NCBI GenBank assembly: GCA_010093605.1
Contig: MU004194.1
Span: 1,588,323 to 1,652,322 of the forward strand
From: Lophium mytilinum
Taxonomy: Eukaryota
Length of the DNA: 64,000 bases
Reading direction: 5' to 3'
Part shown: positions 12,646 through 25,088 of the stretch, one piece after another
Layout of the letters: each line of letters begins with the position of its first letter
Numbering within the stretch: the first letter of the stretch is position 1
The notes under the pieces: generated by a model
What the model saw: the letters and a program-made list of their open reading frames with translations, nothing else
Database searches by the model: none
Told to the model about the DNA's origin: nothing
Translations under genes and position numbers: made by a program

Positions 12646-14368
12646 ATGTGGCTCATTAATACGACCACTCTTAAGCTAGAGTTTTTCGTCAATCCCGAGA
12701 AAGCGTCTTACGCCATTCTATCACACACTTGGGGAGATGAAGAAGTCATGTTCCACGAATTACAGAGTCCCGACAAGGCAAGCTTCCAGAAGAAGGGGTT
12801 CGACAAAATCGCGCGAACTTGTGAAATAGCCCGTCAGCAAGGCCTCCAATATGCTTGGGTCGACACCTGCAGTATCGACAAGTCTAGCAGTGCCGAGCTT
12901 TCAGAGGCCATCAACTCGATGTTTGCATGGTACAAAAACTCAGCTGTTTGTCTGGCTTATTTGGAGGATCTCCCAGCCAGCGTTGATTTTGAAAATGGGC
13001 TTGCTTCTTGTAGATGGGTTAGCAGAGGCTGGACCCTACAAGAACTGATTGCGCCTCAAGAAGTGGAGTTCTACGACCAAGCCTGGACCAAAAGGACAAC
13101 CAAAAGAGCTTCGGCAGATCTTCTGGCGAAGGCGACTGGGGTTCAAGAAGCAGTGTTAGCAGACAGCGCCTACTTGACCAATCTATCCGTTGCTCAGCGA
13201 ATGTCATGGGTTTCTCGACGTCAGACTACACGAGCCGAGGACATCGCATATTGCATGTTGGGTATATTCGACATTCACATACCCCTCGTATACGGTGAGG
13301 GCGACAAGGCATTCAAGCGGCTGCAAGAGGAGATTGCAAAGCAGGTTCGAATCCCACTGTTGTCAATAACTCTTCTATCGTTTTTTCGTATGTTAATTGC
13401 ATTTACAGACTTGCGATCTGTCACTCTTTGCATGGCTGGCCCCGCTACCTGAGCCTTCCAGCGACCCCCAGAACTTCCGAGGAATATTTGCCAAGTCACC
13501 TGCAGAGTTTAGCGAAGGCTATAGGATAGTGCCTAGGAACACAATTGTCCCCCACAAAGAATTCACCATCACTAATCGAGGATTGCAAATCGAAGCAACA
13601 TTAGTACGCCTGATGTCCAACTACTCGCCTAACGATCTTGTATTCAATCTCGGTGTTTCTTGTTCTGATAGAGATAAAGTGCCCGGTGGCGAAGGCTGGA
13701 TAGGCATATACGTCCGGAAATCGGTCCACGGTTATGTTCGAGTATGGTCGCATAGACTGTGCATGTCCGAACAGCACGATAGATCACGTTGTGCTCGAGC
13801 GATGCTACACATTCGCAAGACAATCGACGAAAACGACATCGAAACGCTCCAAAAGCAATATTTGCGCGCGATACGAATTCAGGCTCTACCGGCTAATATC
13901 AATATAGATCAGATTCAACCTTTCGACTTGTGGGATAATCAGAAATCACTGTTCTTGGATCCTGGATCTGGGCTCAACGCTTACTGTCAGTTCACTGTTT
14001 CGGCTGGGTTGGCTGGGTTGGCTTTCCGAAGCGAGAGATTTGAGACTTTCTCTGCCATACTAGCTTGCTCCACTATGAGCTCCCCCCCAATGATAGAGAT
14101 GTGGAGCCAACAAGAAGAGGGATACAATAGAATATGCTCTTTCTTGAACCGAGCTAAGGAAGTTACAGACTATGTTTGTGTTGACTACCTGTTAAGAGAC
14201 TTTCTTACAATCAAAAGCGGGAACAAGTCAGTTGGGATATGTGACTTCGTGGATATGAAGAACGGCTGTCAAGTCAGACTTCAAGCTACGCTAAGCAACG
14301 TTACTGTAGAGGGTTCAGATGGATTCTTCGTGGAACTCTTCAAAAGCACAGTGATGATTGCAGAATAG
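12646..14368 (+). CDS. Heterokaryon incompatibility (HET) domain protein with unrecognised C-terminal region; intron 13345-13408
   Basis: 'MWLINTTTLKL', 'YAILSHTWGDEEV', 'WVDTCSIDKSSSAELSEAINSMFAWY', 'RGWTLQELIAP', 'AQRMSWVSRRQTTRAEDIAYCMLGIF', 'DLSLFAW', 'GIFAKSPAEF'. Confidence 0.93.
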
Positions 14369-14469
14369 CTAGAAGGATATCCTTAAGATAGAGTCTAGCC
14401 TCATTTACCACTGCTCCATTCATTCAATATCCATGAGGAAAGAAATGAACTGCTTCCTCCTAGTATACC

Positions 14470-14999
14470 AGATCAGAACCCCTCAGCCGGCCTTCAAGTG
14501 TCACCTCTCCGCTTCCGCTACGAACAAGACACTTTCTGGGATGCGTCTGAATGCTGCCTTATTCACGCGGATCTCATTTATCTACGACACGGCCGCAATA
14601 TCACGACAAAGTCTAGTATCTTCATCAATCCTTACATCCGCGTGGCTTATGATTCGCAGACTCTTAGTTGTCTCCCTTTCACGCGGCGAGCAGAACGTCT
14701 ATACTCTTTTGTGCATAATACGCTCAACTATTTGGTCGGCATGTTTTATTGAAGTCCGCGAAGGCTAAGAAGACCCTGGGGACGAGGTGGTAGAGAGGGT
14801 CTGGAGATGGGATATGACCAAGAAGAAACCTGCGCATTATGATTCCGCTAGTAGTCTCACGGGATCATACCGTGATGTCAAGCGGGTGGTTGGCCCTGGA
14901 CGCTTCTGTGGAAGCAGGGCGCTACTGGTGTTGAAGGAAGATCCCGGACCAGGGGAAAAGAAGTGGAAGAGCATTCCACTTCCGGCACCACCTACATGA
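14470..14999 (+). pseudogene. 3' remnant of a GT69 (CAP59/cryptococcal mannosyltransferase-like) glycosyltransferase
   Basis: 'LRFRYEQDTFWDASECCLIHADL', 'FINPYIRVAY', 'RRAERLY', 'PGRFCGSRAL'; in-frame TGA at 14750 then a frameshift; no 5' part present. Confidence 0.72.
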
Positions 15000-15574
15000 G
15001 ATCATTCCTGTGGTCTTGCAGTGTCTGACGTGAGTATCTCATCTAAGAACTTCTTTAAAGCCCAAAGAAGAAGTAAAAACAAGTCTACCGGCAGTCTACA
15101 GCGCCTCATTTGCCCTCGACGTCCACCGAGCATAGACTAAACGCCTTCTCCATTCCGCTTTCCCTGTATTTACCAACTCGTTCTCCCTCGTTCCCCATTC
15201 GCAACGCGCTCTCCCTTTCCCCTCTACGCCCCTCTTCCAGATCGAACTAGCGGCTTGGTGGCGCTGTGGATACGAACGATCTACAACAGAGGTGCATCTG
15301 TTCTTCAGCTATCCCTCAGCTATCTTTAAGCGACCTCTCAGCTCGCTACAGGATTGTGGCGCTGGGGCGTTAGTATGGCCTATCTATCAGCCACATGCCC
15401 GGTGTGATACACGATTTGGATGGTTCCGGCACATCATGCAGCAGCCATGACGTCCAGGCAACTCCAAAGAAGAGAGCAAAAGAGAAAAGAAGTGAAAAGA
15501 CTAGACGCATTTGATCTGCCAGCATAGCTCTCAAACGTTCCCGCCATTGATTTGTTCTCGTCGAATTACCGTCC

Positions 15575-15885
15575 CTTCGGGATCAAATCAGGTTCGGATG
15601 CTTTACACCAGGCCAAACTTATATGACGTCGAAAAAGAGCTTCTGAGGTATGGAGAATCACTACTCCAGCCAGCCACGAGGAGTCTGGCCTTGGATAGAA
15701 CAATTCTTCGACCAGTGCAAGAGGTCCCATCTCTTCGGGGCCAAATCAGACACAGAAGCTCTACACCAGCACAGATCCATACGGCGTCGACGTAGAGCCT
15801 CTGAGTTATGAAGAATCATATCTCCAGCCAGCCACGAAAGTATAGGCTTGCACAGAACAGGTTTTCGACCAGAATAAAGAATACT
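15575..15885 (+). repeat. Diverged tandem duplication, period ~158 bp, probably a decayed coding repeat
   Basis: ctgaggtatggagaatcactactccagccagccacga (15643) vs ctgagttatgaagaatcatatctccagccagccacga (15801), with alignable flanks. Confidence 0.7.
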
Positions 15886-17369
15886 TAAGGTTTGCACTTC
15901 TCTCCTCAAAAGATGTAAGCTCAGAAGACACCAAATCCAGAATTATACAAACAAGTACGTCAAGACGCCTCTCATTCCCGATGTCGGTTTAATATTTGAG
16001 TAACAGTCAGCTATCAGACCCCAAAAACCCTTCGCACCAAGTATTCACCCCCCAGAACCGGATATGCAGATCAAGGCATATCTAGCAGTATCGACACTGC
16101 TCCTTGCAACCGCCTGGGGAAGGACACTTCCTCTTTAACTGGGCAGTGAGTTCCGCTTTCAGACGACCCCTCCCTTATACCTATCTGACAGTCTCGCAGA
16201 CCCGCAGGCCGACATGTCTCTCCCCTTGCCTCCAGTCCATGCTGAGTGTGTCGACTACTGGTGCAGCTGGGGATGTTCGATCGCGGGATGTAATGGAGGA
16301 GATTGCAATAACGGGGATTGTGCTTGTCACTGTTGAGCTCAGACTTGTTGGCGCATATTCCAATGCGAACTACGCAGCTGAATCAATGTTTGGCGTGCTG
16401 GGAGTACGAATACCACACTCTTTTCGTCTGGTTCTGGTAGAAACGTGTAGTTGTGGGCGCGGATGGGTAGTCGAGCAGGGAATTTCTCTGGTGAGAGGCA
16501 GCAGTAGCGAAGCACATGAACGTGTTTGGAACAAATCTGTCTTCTGAAATGTCAGTATACTGCAATGCACACCTGTGAGATCAGGAGGCTGTGAATGTGC
16601 ATTAGTGAAGTGAGACGCAAGCAATGGACGAAACTGAGGGAAGCGGGAAATATGTTTGGGTCGACTACCTACTCAAAAACCTTGGTTCAACGAAAGGTCA
16701 AGACGGGCTAAAGGCAACTTGTAATTCCGTACGCATGAGGGTGGGCTGTCAGGTCTGTCAGGTCACCCAGGTCGCTAAGCCGATCAAATCTGATATCAAG
16801 AACTCCGATGGGTTTTGGTGAGTTGTTCCACGTATGAAGTGAAAAACATAGAGCAGGAAGCAATATCAGCTCTTACTAGACCTACCAATGGAGGGAGCAT
16901 GCTGTTGGAAATCACATCTTCCATAACAATCCCAGTAACGGCCTCGAACTTCCTATATACTTCCTCTCATACCTGGAGACAAGTATTCAAAGTACGATCT
17001 GGATATCTTCTTACTACTTTCCCCCCTGCCTCCGTCAGTGTTCCCGTCCGTGAACTCCAGTACGGATATTGAAAGTCCCCTTCTCTAGGCCGGCGAAGGT
17101 TCGGTAGCATGGTGTGGTAAGGTGAGGTGAAGTTTCGATGCGGCCGCAGAGATGGCGATAAGATGCGACGGATAGGGGAAAGGTATTAAGAAGAAATATC
17201 AGAAAAAAGCATGTGAGAGGCGCGCGACACGTGATGACGATCTAGTGTTTGTTGTGATTTTCGAGTCCAGGGTGCAGTAGATGTGAAACGGATGCGGGAA
17301 GGGAATTGCATAAAATGGAAGGAGCTTTGGTGAGGTAAGCGATACACATGGAGAAGGGAGTCCGTGAGG

Positions 17370-17630
17370 TGAATCACGGGCCGAGCGGTAAACGCGTCTG
17401 TTATTCGGGATGCCGACTTTCAGGGTCCAGTGTCAAGAATCCTACCTTTATAAACCTATTATTTTTGAACGCCCTCCGTGAACTAACATACAGAGAGAGA
17501 AGTACCCCGCTCAGCTACCTACAACGGTCCCGTATAATTGGAAGGGAAAAGCTGGGCGCCCAGGCGAACTCTTTTTGCTACTCGAGGGTTAGGGGTTCGA
17601 GTCCGGTGGCGGGTGACCTTTTTCTTTTTA
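17370..17630 (+). other. Degenerate tRNA-like / Pol III-type element
   Basis: A-box-like GGGCCGAGCGGTAAA (~17378), B-box GGTTCGAGTCC (17594-17604), T-runs from 17619; a cloverleaf could not be folded. Confidence 0.3.
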
Positions 17631-18599
17631 GGAATTTGATTTTTTGAGCACGAGATACGTCAGAGCTGGCAAGGGCGTCTCTTGCTTGACTTCAGTGTGT
17701 CTAAGGGCTGCGTTGGAGCAGTAGTACCCCCTTTCTGATCACTCTCAGCACCAAACGGTGGCACCGACCATCCTCATCACCTTCCAAGAGCACCCGCCGA
17801 CTCTCACTCCACCATGGGCCCTCCCTCCCCTCCTCTCTTCATTCCACTTCATCAGCCTCGTTGTAAACGTAGTTTGCTACGCGTCTTACACCACACCCTT
17901 CGAAGTGGCTGCGGCACGATTTGATCCACATCATAAAATTTGGCCGAAAGTTTTTTGCCAGACCGCAAGGCCCGACCCAGACATCCAGGGTCCCAACTCT
18001 GGATGTCGATCCCCAACCCCCAAGTGCAAGTTAAACCCCTCGACTCCACCGACTGTCCCATCCATGTGACTTCAACCAGAACTATTTTGAAACCACCGCC
18101 ACACCGTCGAACCCCAACCCTGCCCTGAAAAAAAGGCGGTCAAAAACGGCGGCGGCCAGTCTTTTGTAGGAGAAATCTGGCGCCAAGAGACGGGGGCATG
18201 TGACAGACACACGGTAGGGGCATGCGCTGGCATGCGACCATGGCTTACCCATGTCGTGAGTTGTTAATTCAAAATGTAACTTGACGTGGCATGTGATCTC
18301 TGAGCTTAAGCAGGTAGAAAGTGGTTTTTGAAACATCCACAGGTCTTCCACTTCTTCATTAATTTAGGGATCTTACAAAAGTGTCGTGAAACTACCTTCA
18401 CCGTCAAGAACCCTCCCACTCAGGTATCGAAAGTACGTAATCAGAAAGCCAATGCCGACGCCAGTAGACCTCCGCTCCGATCCCAGACGCCCCACCTATC
18501 CTTTCCCTTTTCTGATGCGATTCTTCAAAGGCTGCTAGCGTTGTAGCGTTATAATACACCACTCCTATGCCCTCGAAGCGGGCCCAAGGAGCCGAGTCA

Positions 18600-19452
18600 T
18601 CACCTCTTTACTTCCTCTTTGCTCTTAACCTCGATCTTCGTGACCTCGACAACTCGTTTACCGCCCATGCTCCTTATCGTGCTCTCTAGCTTGCCCTTCT
18701 GGTGTAGCGCTTCCACGTCGTCACCGCCGCCTATACTTCGGCCATTTATGAGAACGTTGGGGACGGTGTGACGGCGAGTGCTTTTGGCGAGGGCAGCTTG
18801 CAGCGCGGGGCCAAGCGGGTGTTTATCGAGTTCGACGACGTAGGGCGGGGGTACAATTTTGTATTGCTGGAGGAGGATTGTCTTTGCTTTGCGGGAGAAG
18901 GGGCAGAACGATTTCGAGAAGATGATCACTGTGACCATTTAGCTTAAGCTCACAAATCCCATTCAGTCGGAGTAGCTCACTCGGGCTCTTCTTCAAAATT
19001 GCATTCAACTCCACCTCGACCTCATGATCCTCCTTGGTCTCCGGCTCCTGCTTCGCCTTCACGACCTTCTCCTCCTTCTCCTCCGCCGCATGCGGGATGT
19101 CAACCACGCGATCACTCTCTTTCTCCTCGTCCTGCTCCTTCATCAACACCCGCCCCGCCACGCTCTTCTCCCCCTTCCCCTCGTCCTCCTCGGTCAGCAG
19201 CTTCTGCCCCTTCACATCCGCCGCCTTCTTCGCCGCGTCCTCGGCCGCCTTCAGCCGCGCACCAACATCGTCGGCGTCGATTTTCTCCGCCGCCGCCTTC
19301 TCGGCCAGGTCATTCGCGACGAGCGCGTCGGACGTCTTGGTGTAGAAGTCTGAGTTCTGGGTGCTGCGCGCCGAGGAGGTCATGTAGAGGGTTATGAGGA
19401 CGGTGAGGAGGACCATCAGCCCGAAAACTTTGATGCGGCGTTGGGAGGGCAT
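18600..19452 (-). CDS. Monothiol glutaredoxin with N-terminal membrane anchor (Grx6/7-like); intron 18929-18980
   Basis: N-terminal TM helix, 'IIFSKSFCPFS' active site, 'TVPNVLINGRSIGGGDD'. Confidence 0.9.
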
Positions 19453-21275
19453 GGTGGGTGGTGGTGGTGTATTAGTTTAGGTATTTGGGGGGAGGGTGGT
19501 GGTGTTGGGCGAAAGGAGAATCTGGAGGTGGCGTTGCGTCGATCGGCGACGGGGCCAGGGGTTTGGGTGCACGAGAAACGGGCCGAGGTTGGAGGGTCTG
19601 AGCGGCCCGGGCTAGGCTGTGGAGGGGAAGTTTATGCAGGAACACTGTCTAGGCGGGTTTATTGATGTTTTTTGATAGTAAGGAGTATGGGAATAGGAGT
19701 TTTGATGGAGTGTTTCCATAGTTTGGGCTGTTGCGTGCTCTTAGCAGCATTTGACCCTATCAAGAAGGGGAGACTGTCGCTGTCAGATTTTTCGAGTTTG
19801 CATAGTCTACAGACGTGATAATTCCTACCTCATTGTCGTCGAAGATCCAAAGGTTTGTGTCATGTTCAGGCTCCTTTGGGGGCTGAGTCGGACTCCTCTT
19901 CGGGAATAGAAATTCCAGTGTCAGGACGTGAGTGTGAAGATGCAACACATCCATAGTCGGAGGTCGCACAAAGAGGAGGGGGATCTAGAAAGAGCAGCCA
20001 AGATATGGCAAGCGACCATCGCTATATGTCTGTTGGCACATTCGGACGAGGTGGACTGCACGTTAAGTATAAAAGAATCACGTGATAGTCACGTGCCAAG
20101 TTCCTCGTAGGCATTTTATGTGGTGAATTAAAGTGTAATGTCCTGAGTATTCCGTTGACCTCGACACCATGCTGGTGTCGAAGGTCTTGCTGGGTACTCT
20201 ATATTTGGTCGGGTCTCCCCAAAGCTTGCCTGCGCGTGCTAAACCTCAAGCATACTCACGTTTCAAACTACGGGAGGTGTGAGGGTGGCTTCTGGGTGTC
20301 ATTGGCTGCAAACCGGGTAAGCTGCATAGTCGACGTAAAGACAGTGAGGATGCTGCAAGACGACACTGAGACGAATCGAGTACTGCAGAGGCTGCTGGAC
20401 CAGACCCAATAGTATGGAACTAGAGGGTCTCGCCTGTCACCTGTTCCTACCGGCGTTAGTATCAATGTCTTAAGACAGCGCTCTCATCGCAAAGCGCGGG
20501 CCACATAAAGCCCTAAGATAGATCGGCATGGGCGTTTCTGGACTCGGGAGCGGGGGACTACTGCAGCCGCCCTTGATGCAGAAGCTTAATTGCAACGCAC
20601 CCTGTGTCGTGAGATTCTTCAGTCTTCAATTTTCAGTATGAGCGGCTTAAATCCAGTTCATTGTCATTACATGTAGGGCGGCAGTGCCCTTTGATCCCAT
20701 CAGCATCTCGAAAACAGCATCCCGCCCAGGGGCCGAGGGTGTGAGCTGCTCCCGACAGCAGGCATTCCGACCCGGCTGCAGGCAGCTTTCCCACAGCTCT
20801 GGCGCTCATGCGGGATATATCCAACACGGAATCCCGGCCGGGGCTGTGCTCGACTCCACACCTCAATTCGCGATGGTAGCCGTCGATGTCATGGCGTTGG
20901 CGTTGAGGCATTTTCGCCCTCCAATTCCATGGCGACGATAACGCGACAACTCTGATAGTGACCGACACTGCTCACCCTCTCCAAATGCTATCCGCACTGG
21001 AGGAACCTGCTCTAGGAAGCTGGTGGCCGTGTGAATGCGCCTCCGCCGGCACAAACCCTTCTTTGTCCTCATGGCTGCAACTCTGCCGCAGCCAACCATT
21101 TGCCGGCGTTACCACACGCACTCGTTGCCTCCCGTCTCTGCTAATGGCTACAGCTTGTGATGGTGAGTATTTACTATAAAGTGCCCCGCTGTGTCGTGTG
21201 TTCCCGAGCTCTTACAACTTCTCCCAATCTTACTTCCCCTCACCTTTATCTGCCTCCACCACTGTTCCGCCTGGC

Positions 21276-23900
21276 ATGCAGGAACAAAATGATGTTCAAT
21301 TCTCAATAACCCAGGAACCCGGTCGACGTGCGCCTGAGAATGGGCGCGTCGGCTCTATCTACTCCGATCCCGGCGACTTGAAAATGTCCAAAGTACGGAC
21401 CAAAGACGTCGAGTTCGCTGAGGATGGTCAGGAAGTTCGCGAGGACGATTACAAGAAGAAACAAGTTTGTTCTTTCTGCTCACAACCGTCCTTGCTTGGT
21501 GCTGACTACTTCCAGGTCTTCAAAGGAGCTACGTTGTTCTGGTTAGCCTACCAGTCCACTGGAGTCATCTACGGTGACATCGGAACCTCCCCGCTCTACG
21601 TGTATTCGTCGACCTTCACATCCGAACCCAACAAAACAGATCTGCTTGGAGTCTTGTCTCTGATCATCTGGTCCATCACATTGATTGTCACGGTAAAATA
21701 TGTCCTCATTGTGCTCTGCGCCGATGATCAGGGCGAGGGTGGTACCTTTGCCATGTACAGTCTCCTCGCACGCTATGTAAGGTTCTACTGACCCTCGTGC
21801 TTTTGATGATACTGACATGATATCAGAGCAACATCTCCGAACAGGACCCGAAGATGAAACACACCATCAAGCTCGAACGCTATATGAGCACCGATCTGAA
21901 GCCCAGCAACAGATCCGTGAGGAACTTTCTGGAACGTAGTTCGATTGCTCGCGTTCTCTTGAAGGTTTTGGCGGTCTTAGGAGTCAGTCTCATTCTGGCA
22001 GACGGAATTCTCACTCCTGCGCAGTCTGTTCTTGGGGCCATCCAAGGTGAGCACAGCCCAAACCCTTCCGTGTAGGAACCTGCTCATCTCTCCTCAGGTC
22101 TCAAAGTTGTAAAACCGGATATCTCAAATGGCACCATCATCGGTGTCTCATGCGCTATACTCGTTTGCCTCTTCCTCGTCCAACCCTTCGGTATTCATCG
22201 GGTTGGCAGTGCTTGGGCACCAATTGTTGTGCTCTGGCTGGTCTTCAACATGGCTTTTGGTATCTACAATTTGGCCCACCATGACTATACCGTCCTGAAG
22301 GCCTTTTCTCCCTACTTTGCCGGCCATTACTTGGTCACGAATAAAAAGGACGGGTGGATTTCTCTCGGAGGAATCTTGCTGGCTTTTACCGGAGTTGAAG
22401 CCCTCTTTGCTGATCTCGGCGCCTTCTCCAAGAAGTGGGTCGACCTTTTCGGAAGAAGCACATATTCTAACACAACCTAGAGCTATTCAGATCTCCTGGC
22501 TGGGCTTGGCCTACCCCTGCTTACTCTTGGCTTATATTGGTCAAGCAGCATATCTTGCCGACGACCCTTCGGCCTACTCGAATCCTTTCTTCCAAACTGT
22601 GCCACCCGGAATGTTCTATCCCTCTCTGGTCCTCTCTATCTTAGCGGCAATTGTCGCATCGCAAGCTATGATCACCTCCTCATTCCAGCTTTTGAGTCAG
22701 GTTATGAACATGAGCTACTTCCCACAGATCAAGATGATCTATACCAGCGACAAGTTCCATGGCCAGGTATATATTCCGTTAGCAAACTGGCTCTTGATGA
22801 TTGGAACAGTCATAGTCACTGCAGTTTACAACAATGTGAGTATACATGGAACCTAAAAGCGCTTCTTGGCTGACATATTCCAGACTACCCGCCTGGGTCA
22901 CGCGTACGGCGTATGCGTCATTCTCGTTACCTTCATCACAACCAACATCGTCGCCATTGTCGCCATCGTGGTATGGCGGCTGAACTGGATCCTGGTTATC
23001 ACCATCTGGCTCCCGTTCATTCTTCTCGACAGCGTATTCCTCAGCTCCGCTCTGACCAAGGTCCCCGACGGAGCTTGGTTCACGCTTCTGCTCGCGGTTC
23101 TTCTTGCTACCTTCTTCATTCTCTGGAGGTACGGAAAGGAGAATCAATGGCGTTCCGAAGCAAAGGACCGCCCACGTCTCCACCATTTAGTCACCAAAGG
23201 CACTGACGGCAAACACAAGCTCTCCGACGCTTTCGGCGGTGGCGAGCTCACCACTATCAAAGGCCTTGGCATTTTCTTCGACAAAGCTGGAGAGATGGTA
23301 CCCATGGTGTATCAAGAGTTCCTCCGCAAATTCGAAGCGCAGCAGGAAGTCCACGTCTTCCTGCACCTACGCGCTCTCTCAAAACCGCACGTCTCTGAAG
23401 AAGACCGTTATGCCGTCTCAAGGACTACGTTGGTGAACTGCTACCGCCTAACCATCCGTCACGGCTACAACGATCGCGTCATCAGCGCCGACCTCGGCGA
23501 AATCGTGTACACGGAGCTCCGTCGCGCCATCATGGCCTTCCCCTCCCTCCCAGCCCTTTCATCCTCTGAGTCCGACGGTGTTGCATCGTCCTGCGCCGTC
23601 TCCAGTTCCTCATCCGCGGTCCAGTCCGACGCCAACAGCGTCTCTAAGCTTTCGTTCGCGATCCCGAATGACGCGTCCGTGGAGCGGCGGATTCACAAGC
23701 TCGACTCGGCGTACAAGAAGCAAGTTGTCTACATCGTCGGCAAAGAGCAGTTGCGCCTTCTCGCGAAAAAGAACAATCTTTTCAAACGGTTTGTCTTGTA
23801 TGTCTTCATTTGGTTGAGGGAGAATACGAGGGCCAAGATTAGCCAGATGGAAGTGCCGATTGAGAAGCTTGTGGAGGTTGGCTTCGTCAAGGATATGTGA
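21276..23900 (+). CDS. HAK1: KUP/HAK/KT family potassium transporter, multi-exon
   Basis: '[14 protein letters not shown]', '[15 protein letters not shown]', '[16 protein letters not shown]', '[11 protein letters not shown]', 'GQVYIP', C-terminal '[10 protein letters not shown]'; about five GT-AG introns. Confidence 0.93.
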
Positions 23901-24728
23901 GCGTGAGAGATGCACAAGAAAGTTAAGCCAAATTGATTGCTTCGAGGTATACGAGACGGCCATATCGGTATATGTGACGGCGATGATAGGGTTTTCAAGG
24001 TAAAGACAAAGGCAGCTACTAGAAGTCATTCAACTATCTTTATTTTAGTCGTTATTCCACTCATCTCCACATCGTTATATGACTTCTCTGCTTCAAATTC
24101 ATCGTCGTGATCATCTTTGTGTCATAAGTATGCAACAATGAAAAGCTCTGAGCCAAGAACTTCTTGAACCCCCTTTCATTCCTCTTATCATCTGAGACTT
24201 CCCCGTTGACATAACAAACTCCTCTCAAACGCGACATAAAGAGCCGTGAAATTGCTCCTCACTATTTTAAGACCCGCTCGGACACGCTTGTTTTGCTTGG
24301 AAAGGCCATGGCGCGACAAGGTGGAAGGGTGTGTTTTCCTTTGATAGCCAACCCAAAACTCACGATCTGCTCTCCAAACGCACCCTCGTCACCAATCTCC
24401 ACGAACACATCATAACCTTAAGAATAGCGTCAGCCAGCACTCCTCCGCTTCGCTTCTCCTTCCCCGCACTACCACTACTTCACCCTCTCCTCCGCGCGCT
24501 GCTGACCTCCAGCACCCCGCCACCGCACCCATCTCCGGCGGTGAATCCGCATCACCTGCGCCACGAACCCGCCGTCGGAGCCCCTCACAGACCCCCACAG
24601 ACCTCCACCCTCAGCTCCTCACCTCACCTACATACAACCTCAGCCCGCCATCTTGCATCACGAACTCACGCAACTCGCCCTCTCAACCGCCTCCACGACA
24701 AAAGCTCGCCCTACCAATCAACCCAACC

Positions 24729-25088
24729 ATGTGCATCACCCGCAACAAACTCTTCACCTGCGGCTGCCGCCAGGGCCTGAAGCGCGAGATCTGCCGCGCC
24801 GCCATCGCCGCGGACATGGTGTGCGAGCCGATCCCCGAGCGCGAGGAGCGCAAGAGCTTCTTCCCTTGCTACGACTGCATCCGGCTGGACGTGTTCCGCG
24901 AGAGGGAGGCGGCGCATCAGGAGGCGCTGCGGATGGCAATGGAGGCGGAGAAGGAGAAGGAGAAGGGGTGGGTCAAGGCGAAGGGGGGGAAGGGGGGAAC
25001 TTGGGGGAAGGGAGGGGGCGGGATGGGGATGGGGTTGGGGATTGATCTGGGTGGGTCTTCGGGGGCGTGGAAGAGATCGGGAGGCTAG
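24729..25088 (+). CDS. Small Cys-rich hypothetical protein (119 aa) with Gly-rich tail
   Basis: Good Kozak context (caaccATG), strong C/G third-position bias, 'MC...TCGC...C...C...PCYDC' pattern. Confidence 0.65.
   Translation: MCITRNKLFTCGCRQGLKREICRAAIAADMVCEPIPEREERKSFFPCYDCIRLDVFREREAAHQEALRMAMEAEKEKEKGWVKAKGGKGGTWGKGGGGMGMGLGIDLGGSSGAWKRSGG

Noticed and set aside
16100..17100. ORFs of 60-147 aa on both strands
   Set aside because: No domain signal and no convincing spliced model.
17481..17502. ACAGAGA resembling the U6 snRNA box
   Set aside because: The flanks do not match U6 (no AGAUUAGCAUGG or internal stem-loop); it is part of a short GA run.
20078..20095. Paired CACGTG E-boxes
   Set aside because: Plausible bHLH sites, but the motif is short and occurs in several intergenic regions, so no target can be assigned.
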